In this document: positions 25,262-36,924 of the stretch, piece by piece
Layout of the letters: each line of letters starts with the position of its first letter
Position numbering within the stretch: the first letter of the stretch is position 1
Assembly: GCF_052425735.1 (NCBI RefSeq)
Contig: NC_135764.1
Coordinates: 20,150,001 to 20,214,000 of the forward strand
DNA length: 64,000 nucleotides
From: Oculina patagonica
Taxonomy: Eukaryota
Direction: 5' to 3'
The notes under the pieces: generated by a model
Database searches by the model: none
What the model was told of the DNA's origin: nothing
What the model saw: the letters and a program-made list of their open reading frames with translations, nothing else
Translations under genes and position numbers: made by a program

Positions 25262-28200
25262 GTGGAAGGGGAAAGTAAAATCTATTTAAAAAAATTAAAT
25301 AAAATATATTTTTAAAAAACAGGATCTAAAACACTTTTTTTGGTGATGATTTATACAGTATATGGGCAAAAGCGATCACCACCGTTTGCATTGATACGGG
25401 ATTTTTCAAATCGAATTACCTTCGAAAACGTTTCCAAGATTTCCGTCAATCAAAGTTTGAAAGGGTTTCCGACAACATTTCTCGCGAGCGAACACGAAAG
25501 TGAACTGGCGATAAATAAATCAATTCTAACGATGGTAATCGACTTTGAAGGTTCGAGTTAGCAGGAAGATCAAGTTATCGAGGGTTTGAGTTATGGGGAT
25601 TTATAACAGTTGTTTTAATCATTGTTCTCAGTTTTGGCTTCCTCGTTTCCTACGATAACATTACAAAACCAGTTTTAATGTGGCGAATTGTCTAAGAAAA
25701 CGAACCCAGTAAAATCTTTGATAAGTAAAGTCTTCTACGCTGTCGATAGAGCGTGTTTGAAGTCGGTTAGTATCTGTTTAGTCTTAATTTCTCTTGGTTT
25801 AGTGTAACAAGAGTAATAAAATGTTCACTTACCAAGTCACGCCTTCAGTTGCGGGGTACAAACACAAAGTGTAAAACGTAGACACGAAAGTCGTGTAAAA
25901 ACTGTTTGAAGTGCATGAATTGTCGGGTAATAAAAAGAAGTCAAATGCAAAGTAATATAATCTAGATGTGAAGTTAATAATACTCCTTATAATACTGTCA
26001 GGAAATAAAAAATCTAATTACAATATCTTCTACTTAAGACATTTTAGATAGCATTAACTGTGATTAAAGATGTCTTTTACACTTTTCGGAAAGTGTTCTT
26101 TGGTTATCTCATATAATCTTCATTGAAAAAGAAATGAATACGTATGACACAAAGATGATTTATTAGCTGAATGCTATCTATCTTCTAGCCGAGTGCTATC
26201 TTTCTTCTTCTTTAGCAACAAAAGCACTTAATAATATAAGCTTAAATCATTACCTGCACCTTGCGGCGTTGAGCTAAAGTTCTTGGCAGCGTATCCGGTT
26301 TTTTAATATAAACAGTGCCGAAAGTGTGCCGATGGTTTTATTTTCTTATGTAAAGGCTATTAAAAGTGCAGTGCTAATATTTCCAACCGCAAAAGTGAGT
26401 CTATGTAAAGTTCTTGATAAAGATTTAAAAATGGGAATTAATTGTATTTATTTCCGTTTAACAAGTTGCGATACTTTTTGCTACTTCACTGCGCCAAAAG
26501 GCTAGCAATTTTTCGTAACAATTATTGGCTCTTACTTCGTGTAGAAGACACAGTTCACCTATAACAATAGAGAACAAAAGGACAAAAGAACGAGGAATAT
26601 AATAAAAACAAAAGGTTTGCGATGCAGTATTCTATTGTGACGTGTTCTGTGCTTCTACACGAAGAAGGAGCCCAATTACTCCATTGATGTTTGGTTAGTA
26701 GCTTAAATAATTAAGTAACGGAAATTTTGCGTATAAAAGAAAATGAATATTACTTAAGAAAACCGACAGTTCACAGTTTCCCCCGCCGTTCTGTAAGTAA
26801 AATTTTATATTTAAAAATACTGAAGGAGATACAAATTTTATTAAATTTAAATGGCTATGAGCCACTGAACTCGGAAAATGAATTATATGCAAACTAAACC
26901 ATCATTTCAGTAACCAGAAAGGAGCAATATACCTGTTCGTTTGCACACTCAAAAGATTACGGAAACGAAGGAAAACCAACAGCCAATAAAAAAATCCGCA
27001 TTTAAAATGAAATTACCACGGATGAGTTACGCTTTGTCAAATATTTATCAGATCAACGTTCTTCATGTCTGCCTACAGCAACAACAGGTCTTGTTATATA
27101 ACTGGATTTTTTTCCCAACAGCGCGCGCCATTATTGGCTACTTCAAGGTCACATGACATCTAACAATAAAACTGTTTCCCGCCAAAAATCTCTAGGCGGG
27201 CAATATTGCCAATTCTATTATTTCAGAGGGGAACAGTGTAATGTTGCCCGCGAATGTTGCCTCGGGAAACATGGAGGTTGTTGGAAAACAAAATTAATTG
27301 TTGCACTTGGAACCAGTCATTTAGTGTATAATACTGCACGGACTGTTTCTAAGATCACACGTAATGCCACCTAAATAAGCCAAGCAGGAAGGAATCTTTT
27401 ACAGCATCCTCTGTGAATGCTGGTGGTGAGACGTCCGAGAGTCTGATGGCCACGAGTTTCCTCCGGGTGGTCTAGGGCATGCCCTCTGAAATTTTTGGAA
27501 ATTAATGTGAGATTAATTGAAAACAGGTGCATTTTGAGACACAATTTTGTGAAATGTCTGGTCGATTTTTCGAAATTGGTTACTTATATCTGTCCTGATT
27601 TAAGAAAACAAGGCCCCAGGAACTGTCAGGGGCCAGATACTCTCTCAGCGCTCCCCTCCCTTCCCCCTGTGGGTTTCAGAGAGCCCGGGGGCACTGCTAG
27701 GAAGCCTTCCCATGCCCGGTCACAGCTGAGGTCTCAAAGACCTCAAGGCTACTTAGTCCAGCCCCCAGAAAACCAAAAGCGGGGAGCAATGCTTTACGGA
27801 AACAAGCCAAAAAGCCGACTTTAGCCAGTCCCCCACCCCCAAAGCCGGATTGCAATTCAGTCTGACCCAGGGCTCCTTAGGGTTGTTAGGTCAGGGCTCA
27901 AGCAACCTACCCACGGGGTTGTTGAAGCTGCCCCCTCTCAAATTTCTCGGATCGCAATGGCTTGAAAGCAGACGCAGTCACGAACGGGTCACGGAATCCA
28001 CGTTTTGTCAAATCCAGAGAGATAGCTAGAGATATACTGTGATAATAACAATGTTTTTTTGGGGGAAGCTGGGCATTGTTTTTTTTGGAGGCCGGGGAGG
28101 GGGGATTGGGGGGGAGGGAGCTTGTACCCCTCAAATACCCTTGATAGAACCTTGATAAGCACACGTTCGTGCGGGCAAAGGACATATTTTCTCTCAGCAT

Positions 28201-30676
28201 ACCTTGTAGAAAAAATTATAATCCCTGCGCAGCTTAGGTGCTAAATGTATGAATGACAAAATAGATAAATACTACGCTGTAGTCAAAATAATTTTCTCGA
28301 CGTTTCGGCAATGCTGCTTTCCTCAAGATTTGGAATTAGTTTTGTCCCCTGAAGAAAGCAGCTACCTATTTTATCATTCATACATACCTTGCAGAAACTT
28401 CAGATTTGTTTTGTTTTCTTTAAAAAAAGGAAATATTGAACTATTCTGCTTAAAAGGTCAACTGCTTACAATTACCAGCAGAAATGACATACGCAGCATG
28501 TACCTCAGTAGCGAAAAGTAGGCCAAGCATTGTAAGTTATAACTACATTAGGTATTTCTAGTTTTGGCTCACGAATAGTGCATTTTTCACAAGTTAAAGG
28601 CGTTTAGACTTCTGTTTCTGTTTTGAGGGTATTTTTTATAATAGAAACGCGCAACGCAAAAAAAAAACCCGACCCGACCGCTTAATGTTATCATCTCGTT
28701 AATAAAGTCGTTTTCTATGGTCTGTGGTCTCATCTGTGATTCTATTAACGAGGCGCCACTGTATTGTTTGTTGTTGAGTCATCTGCAATATTTCAAAGCC
28801 GTTTATCGCACAGAAATTCACCCCAACATTGCATGTTTAAATGAGAAGTAATTATGATTTTGGGAACTCTCCGTAACCTACTGTAGTAAAGAACGAAAGC
28901 ATGTGAATAGTAAGCTAATGTTGAAGGGAGTTTTCTTGGGGGGATTAGCATTCAACTTTAACACTCAATTTCTGTCCAACTTACTTTATTTGGCTACACG
29001 GGCTGCATAAACCACTCCGATGACCAGCATTTACAATTCTGATCTTTCGATTCGGCTCACGCTCTTTTATTTGGACCAAACTAGCGCTGTCAATCAGCTG
29101 TCAAGAATGCCAAACTCTCAAATTTGGAATTACGTAAGTTCATGCGCAGCTCGTTCCATTCAAGTGCAGCTGCGTCGCACTCCACCTTGACATGAACCTT
29201 GAAGTTAGAAAAAGTTTCTTTGCGAGGGATCTTTTCTTCCTAAATCTTTATATCATATAGAGCATGTTTGGTCCAAACAAGGTTGCACGAGTATTAAAAG
29301 GTTTACAAGGAATATATTTACAAGATAAAAGTTAACCTAGTGCTAAGATTGTCAAAAATGATGTTGTGGAAATTTTAGGTCGACATAGGTGTTTTAAGAA
29401 AATTCTTGCGAAATACAAGCTTCGTAGGCGTAACTTCCAACTAGAAATTATCCATATCATTAACCGAACGTGACTTGGGCACAAACATGTTCTTGCAGCA
29501 TCACTGTTTTAGTTTTTTTTTTGCACCTTTGTGCAAAGTGTGAAAGAAAAACATACTAAAGTAATTAAAAACATCCGAGAAGTCAGTAAAACGAGTAAAA
29601 TTTGACAGAAACACCCGCGTGTACATAGACAACTTTCGTCGGTAACACAGCAGGAGAACAGAAAATATTTCAAACAGCAATGATGCCCAAGAAGTATGTT
29701 TGAAACCGATTTAATCGATAAAAATGGTTTATAAGTTCTGATTAAGGTGTACAATTAAAAACAACTAAGTTCCAGTGTTCAGTTGCCTATGCAATAAAAT
29801 TGTACGAAATTCACACATATTTCAGGGAAGAACTGGTTCCTTGGAAACGTTACATCTGTGTGTATAAATGTAAAGGTTAAAAGAATATAGTAATTGATCA
29901 GTTAAATTTAGAAAGCAAGTTGGTACAGTTTTATGTCCCAAGCGCCTGAAATATTTCAGTATTATATTTTGAATGATCGAACACCTATAACTTCTAGAGT
30001 TGTTTTATTAAACCTGTGAAATAGATAGTGGGATAGTAGACGTTACTTCTTCGTATTAGCTCTTATTATTCCGCTATAATTAGTTATTCTCTTGTTTTTT
30101 ACTCTTTCTCTTTTGTGTACCACGCACTAATACTAATTAGTAAGCACTATTACACACTAACTAACAGTTCTTGTTTCACGGGTTAAGTAAAACCACTCTA
30201 ACATCAAAAGTACTTTTTACTTAATTGAAACACACGACTAAGTATTTCTATCTTGCTTGCATTTTTATTGTTAAACACTAATTGCTAACTTTCGAGCCGA
30301 GAGCAGCGTACTAATAAACACGTGTCACGATCTTAGAGAGAATAATCACTTTCTCTAACATTTAACAACGGCTTCGCAGCTAATTTTAATTCATTTAAGC
30401 ATTTACTCAACAAATATATAAACTCGAATAGTACCTTTAAGCTGCACAAACACGCTCGGCTTTCGATGAGTTGTGACGTTTCGAAGAGATTTCAGATAAT
30501 AGACCCAAATGAATCCACGAGAAATCATGCATGCTTTTACTGTCAGCACAAATTTAAAACTTATCTTGGTTTTTTCGACTATTCTTCATTCCTACTCTTT
30601 TGTTACCAATTTCGTGATTTCTCGCATTTATAAGAACATTGGTGTCGATAAAAAGTTGTCAACCGACTTCAACCGT

Positions 30677-33600
30677 TTAAAGTACTATGCAAAAAGTGTT
30701 TCTTACACGGTGATGCTGTTTTTGCCCAAAATCTTGTGAAGGATTGTTACTCTCTGTCGACTGTTGTAGATCAAGTGACTGGTGCTGAACAGCAGCCATA
30801 CTGTCAAGAGCAGCTGGGACATTAACACGATTAGCTCCGAGCCTTTTACATCTAATGAACACAGCACGATCATGGAACTCCTGGGCCTGTTCAAAGTCGC
30901 CTAACGCTTTGTAAACAGAACCCAAGTCACTGTAAATAGTTGCAACATCAACATGCTCAGGTCCAAGCGCCTTCAGCTGAATGTTTAAAGCAAGATGATG
31001 ATACTCCTTGGCCTGCTCAAAGTCGCCTAGGGCCTGGTGAACAGAACCCAAGTTACTGTAAGTAACTGCAACATCAACATGCTCAGGTCCAAGCGCCTTC
31101 AGGGAAATGTTCAAATCACGGTGATGATACTCCTTGGCCTGCTCAAAGTCGCCGAGGGCCTGGTGAACAGAACCCAAGTTACTGTAAGTAGTTGCAACAT
31201 CAACATGCTCAGGTCCAAGCGCCTTCAGCTGAATCTTTAAAGCAAGGTGATGATACTCCTTGGCCTGCTCAAAGTCGCCTAGGGCCTGGTGAACAGAACC
31301 CAACTTACTGTAAGTAGTTGCAACATCAACATGGTCAGGTCCAAGCGCCTTCAGCTGAATGTTTAAAGCAAGATGATGATACTCCTTGGCCTGCTCAAAG
31401 TCGCCTAGGGCCTGGTGAACAGAACCCAAGTTACTGTAAGTAGTTGCAACATGAACATGCTCAGGTCCAAGCGCCTTCAGCTGAATGTTTAAAGCAAGAT
31501 GATGATACTCCTTGGCCTGCTCAAAGTCGCCTAGGGCCTGGTGAACAGAACCCAAGTTACTGTAAGTAGTTGCAACATGAACATGCTCAGGTCCAAGCGC
31601 CTTCAGGGAAATGTTTAAATCACGGTGATGATACTCCTTGGCCTGCTCAAAGTCGCCGAGGGCCTGGTGAACAGAACCCAAGTTACTGTAAGTAGTTGCA
31701 ACATCAACATGGTCAGGTCCAAGCGCCTTCAGCTGAATGTTTAAAGCAAGATGATGATACTCCTTGGCCTGCTCAAAGTCGCCTAGGGCCTGGTGAACAG
31801 AACCCAACTTACTGTAAGTAGTTGCAACATGAACATGCTCAGGTCCAAGCGCCTTCAGCTGAATGTTTAAAGCAAGATGATGATACTCCTTGGCCTGCTC
31901 AAAGTCGCCTAGGGCCTGGTGAACAGAACCCAACTTACTGTAAGTAGTTGCAACATCAACATGGTCAGGTCCAAGCGCCTTCAGCTGAATGTTTAAAGCA
32001 AGATGATGATACTCCTTGGCCTGCTCAAAGTCGCCTAGGGCCTGGTGAACAGAACCCAAGTTACTATAAGTAGTTGCAACATGAACATGCTCAGGTCCAA
32101 GCGCCTTCAGCTGAATGTTTAAAGCAAGATGATGATACTCCTTGGCCTGCTCAAAGTCGCCTAGGGCCTGGTGAACAGAACCCAAGTTACTGTAAGTAAC
32201 TGCAACATCAACATGCTCAGGTCCAAGCGCCTTCAGGGAAATGTTTAAATCACGGTGATGATACTCCTTGGCCTGCTCAAAGTCGCCTAGGGCCTGGTGA
32301 ACAGAACCCAACTTACTGTAAGTAGTTGCAATATTAACATGCTCAGGTCCAAGCGCCTTTAGCTGAATGTTTAAAGCAAGGTGATGATACTCCTTGGCCT
32401 GCTCAAAGTCGGCTAGGGCCTGGTGAACAGAACCCAAGTTACTGTAAGTAGTTGCAACATCAACATGCTCAGGTCCAAGCGCCTTCAGCTGAATCTTTAA
32501 AGCAAGGTGATGATACTCCTTGGCCTGCTCAAAGTCGCCTAGGGCCTGGTGAACAGAACCCAACTTACTGTAAGTAGTTGCAACATCAACATGCTCAGGT
32601 CCAAGCGTCTTCAGGCGAATGTTTAAAGCAAGCTGATGATACTCCTTGGCCTGCTCAAAGTCACCTAAGGCCTGGTAAACAGAACCCAGCTGAACGTAAG
32701 CAGTTGCAACATGAACATGCTCAGCTCCAAGCGTCTTCAGGTAAATAGTAAGACAACGATGATGATACTCCTTGGCCTGCTCAAAGTCGGCTAGGGCCTG
32801 GTGAACAGAACCCAAGTTAATGTAAGTAGTTGCAACATCAACATGCTCAGGTCCAAGCACCTTCAGGCGAATGTTAAGAGCTTGGTGATGATACGCCTTG
32901 GCCTGCTCAAAGTCGCCTAAGGCCTGGTAAACAGAACCCAGCTGAACGTAAGCAGTTGCAACATGAACATGCTCAGCTCCAAGCGTCTTCAGGTAAATAG
33001 TAAGACAACGATGATGATACTCCTTGGCCTGCTCAAAGTCGCCTAGGGCCTGGTGAACAAAACCCAGGTGACTGTAGGTAGTTGCAACATGAACATGCTC
33101 AGGTCCAAGCTTCTTTAGGTAAATAGTAAGAGAACGATGATGATGCTCTTTGGCCTGCTCAAAGTCGCCTAGGTCCTGGTGAACAGAACCCAAGTCACTG
33201 TAAGTAGTTGCATCATCAACATGCTCAGGTCCAAGCGTCTTCAGGCAAATGTTTAGAGCACGGTGATGATACTCCTTTGCCTGCTCAAAGTCGCCTAGGG
33301 CCTGGTGAACAGAACCCAAGTTACTGTAAGTAGTTGCAACATCAACGTGCTCAGGTCCAAGGGCCTTCAGGCGAATGTTTAAAGCACGTTGATGATACTC
33401 CTTGGCCTGCTTAAAGTCGCCTAGGGCCTGGTGAACAGAACCCAGCTGAACGTAAGTAGTTGCAACATCAACATGCTCAGGTCCGTTCTCTTCTAGAAAA
33501 GTTGCTAATGAGTAATCATAATATCGTTTGGCCTCGTAAAAGGCGCAATGATTCTGGCAAGTTTGACCGAGCTTTACCATTCCAGTTTTGACAACTTGGC

Positions 33601-35586
33601 TTTCGATACCAAATTTTCAATATTTAAAATGAAAGTCCTTAAGTGAGGCAAGATACGTTTCGTGTGCAAAACAGTTTGTTCGTCTAGCCAGTGTTCCTCT
33701 GGTAGTATATCGTCTATGAACTGGTCAAATGCAGTAACAGCCCCATTCACAGCTTTATAATGAGTGCTGTCCGAATAGTTCTTCGTTACAGTCTGAATAA
33801 CATCACGTACAACTTGATGCACGCCAATGTAGACGCCGCTATCTTCTTCTTCAAGTAAAATCAAGGAACATCGTTGGATCGTCGTGATAATTATTTCTTT
33901 ATCTTGAAGGTCTTCATCTACGTTCTCAATATAATTGATCACGATGTTGAGACTCAATGGCTGTGGCGCACAGAGGAAAAGGAACCTAAACGTGTGATCT
34001 ATGACTTTGTCGGATGCCATCATTTCTTTAACAGCTAGTGTTGTCGCTGCTGTCATAGATTTTGGGTAGCTTGGATTCGTCTCAGATAGAATGGTTTCAG
34101 TAGTTACACGCTGGCCCTTTTCTACTTTCTCAAGGAAGTCGTGCCAGCCAAACTGTGATGTTATTTTGCTCTGTCGAAGTTGTTTGACATAGGTGGCGGT
34201 GCTTGCTAGGGCAAGAGGTTGGTAGTCCAGTGCTTGTGCAACCACTTTTGCCATATCGGTGTCATCGATACCTGAAAGGATGGCTAATAATGAAATGGCA
34301 TCATCGGGCTCCATACCCTTTTTCACTGAAATGTGCTGAATGAAGAAGCTTGTTAAAGGGATAGACGCAGTGTCCTGTGTTGTAATAAGCAGTTGACCTC
34401 TTAGCCATTGCTCATTTCCAGGTTCCGGTAAATGAACATGCATTCGAGATATGCTTTTGACATTGTCAGCTACAAGTAGCCACGATGTGTAAAACTCAAG
34501 TTTTGCGCTTATCAGCGTCTTCAGATGGGAAATCTTTTCGACTGTTTTCAAATCCTTAGACTGAAGGATATTTGTAACTGCATACTCTGGACACTTTAAT
34601 TGTCGAGCGAAAGAGAAATACGATTCCAGTAGTGTATCTAGGCTTTCAGCATTTAAAGTCATCACGAATGTAGTGGCGCTTGGATATTCTTGGGCATCAT
34701 CGAAAAATCGCTTAGCTACAAGACCGGCCAGCTGCGATTTGCCACTTCCAGGATTACCTGAGATGTACAGGTAGCTTAAATTGTTTTCACTGGTACGTTT
34801 AAGCTCCTTTAGCTGTTGTGCAATATCAGCCACCTCACAGTTGCGATGTGCGATATAGTGTGAAGGTTTGGGAGGAAGAATGCAAAATGGAGACATATCG
34901 TTCTGAAGCTGATCTTCAAGCACCCGTTTCTCTTTTTCCGTTTCGTGTAGCTGATGTTCAATACCCTGTAAATGCTCTTCTTTGTCTTGAAGCTTGTTCG
35001 CAAGTCCCTCCTGTTGCTTCTCTTTTTCTTGAAGTTCCTTTTTTAAGTCTTCAACTTTGTTTAAGACACCTGTTAACTCCTCCGTGGGAAAGGTTATCTG
35101 GTTTGCGACGTTTTGAATTTGCACAGTGGATAGACCGAGTCCACGAAATGCAGCATGAACTTTACCCATAACATTTTGCAAATCTGCGTCTGAAAGTTTG
35201 CCTTGTGGCATGTGAGCAAATTCTTCGTTTCGAAACCTTCTTAGATCATCTACATGCGATTGGACTACCGCGCAAAGGCCGGGGCCGACGCAATCAGAGA
35301 AAAGAATGGCGTAAAACAGCATGGTACAATCCCATTCACCTCTATCTCCATTAATCATGGTAGCCAAGAGATGCGCATTTCTTCTTTGGTTTCGCGGAGA
35401 TTCTGCATTATAGAAGTCCCTTCCATTTCGAGGCTCATCTTTCCATTCCCCCATTGTTGCTTTGTAACGCTTGTCCCATTCCTGTTTGAAGATTGATCGC
35501 AGACCTTCGGCCAGAATATCGGTGGTGACAAAACAAATCCTGTAGTAGTTCAGTTGGTCTGCAGTGTATTCTGTTGCAGTGGCCAT
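30677..35586 (-). pseudogene. NLR-like HEPN - coiled coil - NB-ARC/STAND - TPR gene, copy 2 (split by frameshift)
   Basis: All motifs intact (RNEEFAH at 35212-35232, GNPGSGKS). A net 10-bp deletion at ~33592-33598 splits it into a HEPN-STAND ORF (stop 33574) and a TPR-only ORF (ATG 33580, 967 aa). Confidence 0.85.
30839..33484 (-). repeat. Coding tandem array, 21 x 126 bp TPR units
   Basis: 32 + 21x42 + 53 = 967 aa matches the ORF length. Confidence 0.97.
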
Positions 35587-35748
35587 GTTTCTTTTGTTAT
35601 TTGGATTCGCAACCCCTTTGTGAACACAATGACACTTTTTATTAGCAAACAAAATGGAACAAAAAATATGAAGTATCGTTTTTAATCTTTTTTAAGAAAA
35701 ACAAATTGGCCCGATGTTTTTAACAGGACATACAAATATGTTAAATTA

Positions 35749-36274
35749 TTTAAACAATAGGATGTTTCTGTCGAGGAACTATCAGCTGATAGTTGTCCCG
35801 CAGAAATTTGACGCTCTTAAAACAAATAGCTTCGAGGGCTTATGTCCTAGTTTAAAGAAAAGAAAAATTCTTAAAAGGCAACTATTAAGACCGATAGTTT
35901 CGAGACTGAGACAGTCTATCGTTTTTATTCTTTACCACTAAATTTTTTACGCGCGCCCAATTAAAAAACAAGCATATGCATCGTGAATTATTTTTTACTA
36001 GTCAGGATAAAACAACTAAATTGAAAGCCGAAATTAAACAAAGGAAACAAAACCAGACAAAAAAAAAAACACTTAATGGAGTGAATTTGGTTGGGGTTTA
36101 TTGTCTGCAGGCACGCTTGTATATAAAAAATTTCACGGGCGGGCACTATCCATCCGGGCATTTTTCTCGGACCGGTAGTATGCGCTGAAAGTGCTCTCCC
36201 TGGATGAACACTATCGCGTTTCGTGAAAAATTTAAACCAATCAGAATCGGAGAAAATTTAGTTGTCAACTATAA
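35749..36274 (+). mobile_element. Single un-nested copy of the ~530-bp hairpin-ended element
   Basis: TTTAAACAATAG ... CCAATCAGAATCGGAGAAAATTTAGTTGTCAACTATAA. Contains the empty site (AGTAT|GCGCTG, ~36181) that is filled in units 1 and 3. Confidence 0.75.
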
Positions 36275-36356
36275 ATGCTTATAGAGCGCAGACAAAATTT
36301 TTATTAAACGATTAACAGTATAATATAAAATACTGTATAAAAGTCAAGAAAAGTAA

Positions 36357-36853
36357 GGCGTAGTTTAGACGTCGTGCTTCTGTCGTGCCGAACTAAATTC
36401 AGGAATTAAGTTCGACAAAAGCACGGCAGAAGCACGGCGTCTGAATGAAACTTTTGAATTGAGTTCGGCAAAACAATTTAATTCGACACGCCATGCCGTG
36501 CTACACGACTCTGGCACGGCAGCAGTTCAAACCTCGTGCTTTTGCCGCAATTAACCAAATTTTCCGGGCAAAAAAAGAAACATTTGCCGTACTTGCAAAA
36601 TGATTTTTTTTTCTGTTTCTTTTCTTTGCGTCTTTTTCTTGAGTCTTGAAATGATTTTAAAGTAAGCGTTTTGCTGCAATTTGCAAAACGGCACCATTTT
36701 TGCTGAATCACCGCTGACTAATTGTTACGTAGCTTCAGTACTCCTGAATTTGGTACGACTCTAGTAAGACGACGTCTGATTCAGAGACGTGCTTCAGCCG
36801 TGCTAATTGCAGTTAAGTTCGGCACGGCAGAAGCACGATGTCTGAACTAGGCC
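36357..36853. mobile_element. PIF/Harbinger-like MITE (left part also at 60787-60980)
   Basis: ~37-bp TIR GGC(G/C)TAGTT(T/C)AGAC(G/A)TCGTGCTTCTG.CGTGCCGAAC, with TAA on both sides. Confidence 0.85.
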
Positions 36854-36881
36854 TAAGATTCACTGGAAGGTAATCGAACCA

Positions 36882-36924
36882 TGGTCAGTATCAAGAGACC
36901 GGGGTTTGATTCTTCGCCGGTGAA
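36882..36924 (+). pseudogene. Possible tRNA-Asp-derived fragment with the anticodon arm missing
   Basis: TGGTCAGTATC..GAGACCGGGGTTTGATTCTTCGCCGG resembles the metazoan tRNA-Asp D-arm (TGGTGAGTATC) and T-arm (GAGACCGGGGTTCGATTCCCCG), recalled from memory. Confidence 0.4.

Noticed and set aside
30839-33484. CRISPR array or diversity-generating retroelement as the explanation of the 126-bp repeats
   Set aside because: The units are contiguous in-frame coding repeats without unique spacers, and there are no cas genes. Variation is not adenine-specific, there is no template repeat, and the nearby RT pieces are dead Penelope/L1 fragments.
33574-33580. Programmed frameshift or translational coupling at the copy-2 STAND/TPR junction
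   Set aside because: No slippery heptamer is present, and copies 1 and 3 are continuous here, so it is a simple deletion.
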